DNA of 32,000 bases from Aliivibrio fischeri ES114 (GTDB taxonomy: Bacteria > Pseudomonadota > Gammaproteobacteria > Enterobacterales > Vibrionaceae): assembly GCF_000011805.1 (NCBI RefSeq), contig NC_006840.2; one strand, written 5' to 3'. The position numbers and the translations under genes were made by a program. The notes beneath the pieces are model-generated. The model did not search any database. It saw only the letters and a list, made by a program, of their open reading frames with translations, and had not been told where the DNA came from. Below are positions 28,969-32,000 of this stretch, in pieces; position 1 is the first letter of the stretch, and each line of letters opens with the position of its first letter.

Positions 28969-31338
28969 TTAAAATAGACCTAATTGAGAGTTAGATAATT
29001 CATTAAAATCTAAACCGATAAAAGGGAGAATTCCATCCGCGATCGGTTTCAATTGTTTCTCTACATAATGGTCATAATCAATCGGATTATTTATATATTC
29101 AACCGGTTCAGGTCCTGCAGTGGTAATGACATACTCTATCCATCCACCATATTGATATTGAGGCCTTTTTCCTATTTGTTGATTCCGATAATCTGCTAAT
29201 CGTGCCGCTTTAACGTGAGGAGGAACGTTCTTTTGATATTCATCCAACTGTCTTCTCAAACGCTTTCTATAAATGAGCTGCTTATCTAACTTGCCCTGCT
29301 TAGTATCATCAACATATTGTCGAACGTATTCTTTTACATCTTGTTGATGAAATACTTTATGGAATAATGTTTTCTGAAATTCTTGTGATAATGGAGTCCA
29401 ATCCGTTCTAACTGTCTCTAATCCTTTAAATACAATTTCTTCCTTACCTTCTTTTTTTACTAAACCAGCATAACGCTTTTTAGACCCAGTTTCTGACCCT
29501 CGAATCGTCGGCATTAAAAACGTTCGATAATGAGTTTCATATTCAATTTCTAATGCTGAATCAATTGCGTATTTTTCAGATAAGTGGGAAATCCACCACT
29601 GATTTATCTTTTCAACCAAAGATGAACCAATAGTGTCAGCTTCTTTCGATGACATTGATTGCCCAAGAGTAACAAACGTAGAGTCAGTATCGCCGTATAT
29701 AACTTCATAACCTTCTGCTTCAATCAACTCACGAGTCATTTTCATAATTTCATGCCCACGCATGGTTATTGAAGAGGCTAATCGATGATCAAAAAAACGA
29801 CAACCTGACGAGCCTAGCACACCATAAAATGAGTTCATTATGATTTTTATTGCTTGAGAAAATGCCTTTTCATTATTTCTTTTTGCTTCATCTCGAGCAG
29901 ACCATAAATTTTCAATTAATTTAGGTAAGAAGTGTTTAGAACGATGAAATCGTCCCCCTCTAAAACCATCAATGGCTTGATTATCTTCTGTACCTACTTC
30001 TTGTTTTAATCCTTCAATCAAGCCTAAAGGATCAATATTAAACGTACGAATAATAGAGGGATAAAGAGATTTAAAATCAAGAACGATAACAGATTGATAT
30101 AAACCTGGCTTAGAGTTCATTACATAGCCACCAGGACTTGCAACCCAATTCTCACTCTCTAAATTAGGTGCAATATACCCTGCTCTGTGAAGCCTTGGTA
30201 AATACAAGTTAGTAAATGCAGCAACTGAACCTCCAACACGATCAAGCTCAACCCCCGTTAATTTCGTTCGCTCAATCAAAAACTCTAAGAGATGAGTATG
30301 TTCAAATATACGAGTAACCAAAATACAATCTTGAAGGTTGTATTTAGCTAAAGAAAGTTTATCTTCTCGATACATTCGATTGATCTCAGACATTTTATCG
30401 CTTTGATCATTAATCGATTTACCTTCTTTCAATAACTCTTGAGCTACTGATTCAAGTGACCAACTAGAGAAATGATAAGTCGCAGTTTTCAGAGCATCAA
30501 TACCGTCTAGCACAACGCGCCCAGGAAAAGATAAAAAACCTTGTTGCCGATTTTTATCGGAATCACGCCAATAAAGCGAACTGTTACCCCGACCAATACG
30601 AAAAGATAATTTGTGCCATTTTGCTCTCTGAATTAATAATCGAAAATCAAAATTAATCACATTCCAGCCAATAATAATGTCTGGATCAAATTGATAAAAC
30701 CAAGACTCTAAAGCAACGAGCAGTGCTTTTTCATTTTCCACCCATTGAATAGACAAATTACTGTCCTGTGAGTCGCCCACCATGATAATACGTGTATCGA
30801 GTTCACTATGTAGAGCGACGGAATATAGAATGCCTTTTTCTGAACACTCAATATCTAATGAAACCATACTAAATTTAGGTGAACGATCCGTCGTTTTGAT
30901 TTTTACATTACGATATTCAATATGGTCTTTTTTTTGTATTGGGTTGCCAATAAATGATAGGCCACCACAAATAAAACGCTCCATTAAATAACGATCAGCT
31001 AAGCGAATATCGCTTTCATATATAGGTAAATGTAATTGTTCAATAAATTGAGTCGCTGCTCGTTTTTGGTAGGTATTTTTAAAATACAAACCGAGCACGG
31101 AATCATGATTAAATGTGGATAATGCCGTCGGTTTTATATGAAAAGGGATATTTTCTTTCTGTAAGCAAGCTTCATACTGAGAGCGCTTATCCTCTAATAT
31201 GAAAGTAACTGCATCTTCATTCTCAATAAGTAAGTGTGCAATATGATCATCACACTTAACCCAGAGGTCGACTAAACTTTGATTATTAATTTCTCTAGTT
31301 TGACGTGTAAGCAAAAAACCCTGTTGAGGTGAATTCAA
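28969..31338 (-). CDS. polB: DNA polymerase II (family B)
   Basis: Exo I motif MVSLDIECSEKG, Exo II GWNVINFDFRLL, motif A VLDFKSLYPSIIRTFNIDP, motif B KIIMNSFYGVLGS, motif C YGDTDSTFV. Confidence 0.95.
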   Translation of the reverse strand: MNSPQQGFLLTRQTREINNQSLVDLWVKCDDHIAHLLIENEDAVTFILEDKRSQYEACLQKENIPFHIKPTALSTFNHDSVLGLYFKNTYQKRAATQFIEQLHLPIYESDIRLADRYLMERFICGGLSFIGNPIQKKDHIEYRNVKIKTTDRSPKFSMVSLDIECSEKGILYSVALHSELDTRIIMVGDSQDSNLSIQWVENEKALLVALESWFYQFDPDIIIGWNVINFDFRLLIQRAKWHKLSFRIGRGNSSLYWRDSDKNRQQGFLSFPGRVVLDGIDALKTATYHFSSWSLESVAQELLKEGKSINDQSDKMSEINRMYREDKLSLAKYNLQDCILVTRIFEHTHLLEFLIERTKLTGVELDRVGGSVAAFTNLYLPRLHRAGYIAPNLESENWVASPGGYVMNSKPGLYQSVIVLDFKSLYPSIIRTFNIDPLGLIEGLKQEVGTEDNQAIDGFRGGRFHRSKHFLPKLIENLWSARDEAKRNNEKAFSQAIKIIMNSFYGVLGSSGCRFFDHRLASSITMRGHEIMKMTRELIEAEGYEVIYGDTDSTFVTLGQSMSSKEADTIGSSLVEKINQWWISHLSEKYAIDSALEIEYETHYRTFLMPTIRGSETGSKKRYAGLVKKEGKEEIVFKGLETVRTDWTPLSQEFQKTLFHKVFHQQDVKEYVRQYVDDTKQGKLDKQLIYRKRLRRQLDEYQKNVPPHVKAARLADYRNQQIGKRPQYQYGGWIEYVITTAGPEPVEYINNPIDYDHYVEKQLKPIADGILPFIGLDFNELSNSQLGLF

Positions 31339-31342
31339 GTTA

Positions 31343-32000
31343 TTAACCTATTTTTCGTTCAATTTTATTAAATTCAGCCACAACCCAATCTCCAAATTCA
31401 TTAAGTAAAGCAAGAACAGAACGCTTTGGAACTTTACGCCCTTTTAATAATAAAACCACGCGTTCTATTTCAGTCTGTTTTTCTGGGTAATATTCCAAAA
31501 ATTTTCGAGCACAAAGTACAGGATGATCGTACCAACCTTTATCTCGATGCATAACTAAAGAGTAGCAACTTCTTAATAACTTTTTGGCGATGGTTTTTTG
31601 TTGCTCCACCTGAACTGCCATATCTTGGCTAGTAGCTATTTTTTTAATATAAACACCTAACCATTCTTCAATATCCATGTTCATATTTTTCGCTATTTCC
31701 CAGCTAGGCTCAAAATCACCAAAACGTTCTGATAGATCATCACCATAGATACAAACACAACAATGTCTCAACCAAAAACCCCAGCTAAAAATCGACTCTA
31801 ATTGCAACGCATCCGCCGCCTCACCAATGTTAAATGTAACACCGGTAATTTGAGGGTATTTAGATTGAAAACGAATTTTAATGGTATTAATTAGCGTTTG
31901 TTCTTTATTGGTCAATGGTGCAGATGTAATAAGGGTAACGTCAAGGTTAGAGCGACCAACAATAGCTTCACGTCTAGCAACGCTGCCATATAAATAAATA
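31343..32000 (-). CDS. Nucleotidyltransferase-like protein, truncated by the window edge
   Basis: The track ORF starts at a TTG (MTNKEQ...), but the frame stays open upstream to the window edge: ..IYLYGSVARREAIVGRSNLDVTLITSAPLTNKEQTL... GSxAR motif typical of minimal nucleotidyltransferase domains. Confidence 0.65.
   Translation of the reverse strand, partial: IYLYGSVARREAIVGRSNLDVTLITSAPLTNKEQTLINTIKIRFQSKYPQITGVTFNIGEAADALQLESIFSWGFWLRHCCVCIYGDDLSERFGDFEPSWEIAKNMNMDIEEWLGVYIKKIATSQDMAVQVEQQKTIAKKLLRSCYSLVMHRDKGWYDHPVLCARKFLEYYPEKQTEIERVVLLLKGRKVPKRSVLALLNEFGDWVVAEFNKIERKIG

Noticed and set aside
1-32000. Search for a defence island, prophage, transposon or biosynthetic cluster
   Set aside because: No transposase, integrase, restriction, toxin-antitoxin, reverse transcriptase or NRPS/PKS-type proteins; nearly all genes are recognisable housekeeping families.

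Overview
This window looks like ordinary chromosomal backbone from a low-GC gammaproteobacterium. Gene content and order suggest Vibrionaceae, Aliivibrio-like; this is an inference and no search was run. Left to right it holds: the C-terminal end of a YchJ/UPF0225-type protein; an NSS-family sodium-dependent transporter; a cardiolipin synthase; folE; moeA-moeB; a pstSCAB phosphate-uptake operon with a candidate Pho box; a small accessory block (UDG-like hypothetical, outer-membrane beta-barrel, YccT/DUF2057 protein, orphan type IV pilin-like gene broken at an A9 tract); a methyl-accepting chemotaxis protein; torS/torT; mgsA; helD; a yccS-like gene; an ACT-domain protein; a tRNA cluster (Cys, Gly, Leu, Gly plus a decayed Gly copy); pgsA-uvrC-uvrY; polB; and a nucleotidyltransferase-like gene cut by the window edge. 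I found no CRISPR array, transposon, prophage, toxin-antitoxin or recognisable defence system, and no convincing new multigene system. The most worthwhile leads are small: the pilin-like gene split at A9, a hairpin covering the Shine-Dalgarno of the DUF2057 gene, a TyrR-box match upstream of the NSS transporter, a tandemly duplicated terminator/tRNA-Gly module with a pseudo-tRNA, and the unannotated N-terminal nucleotidyltransferase motif at the right edge with an Asn in place of a catalytic-type Asp.
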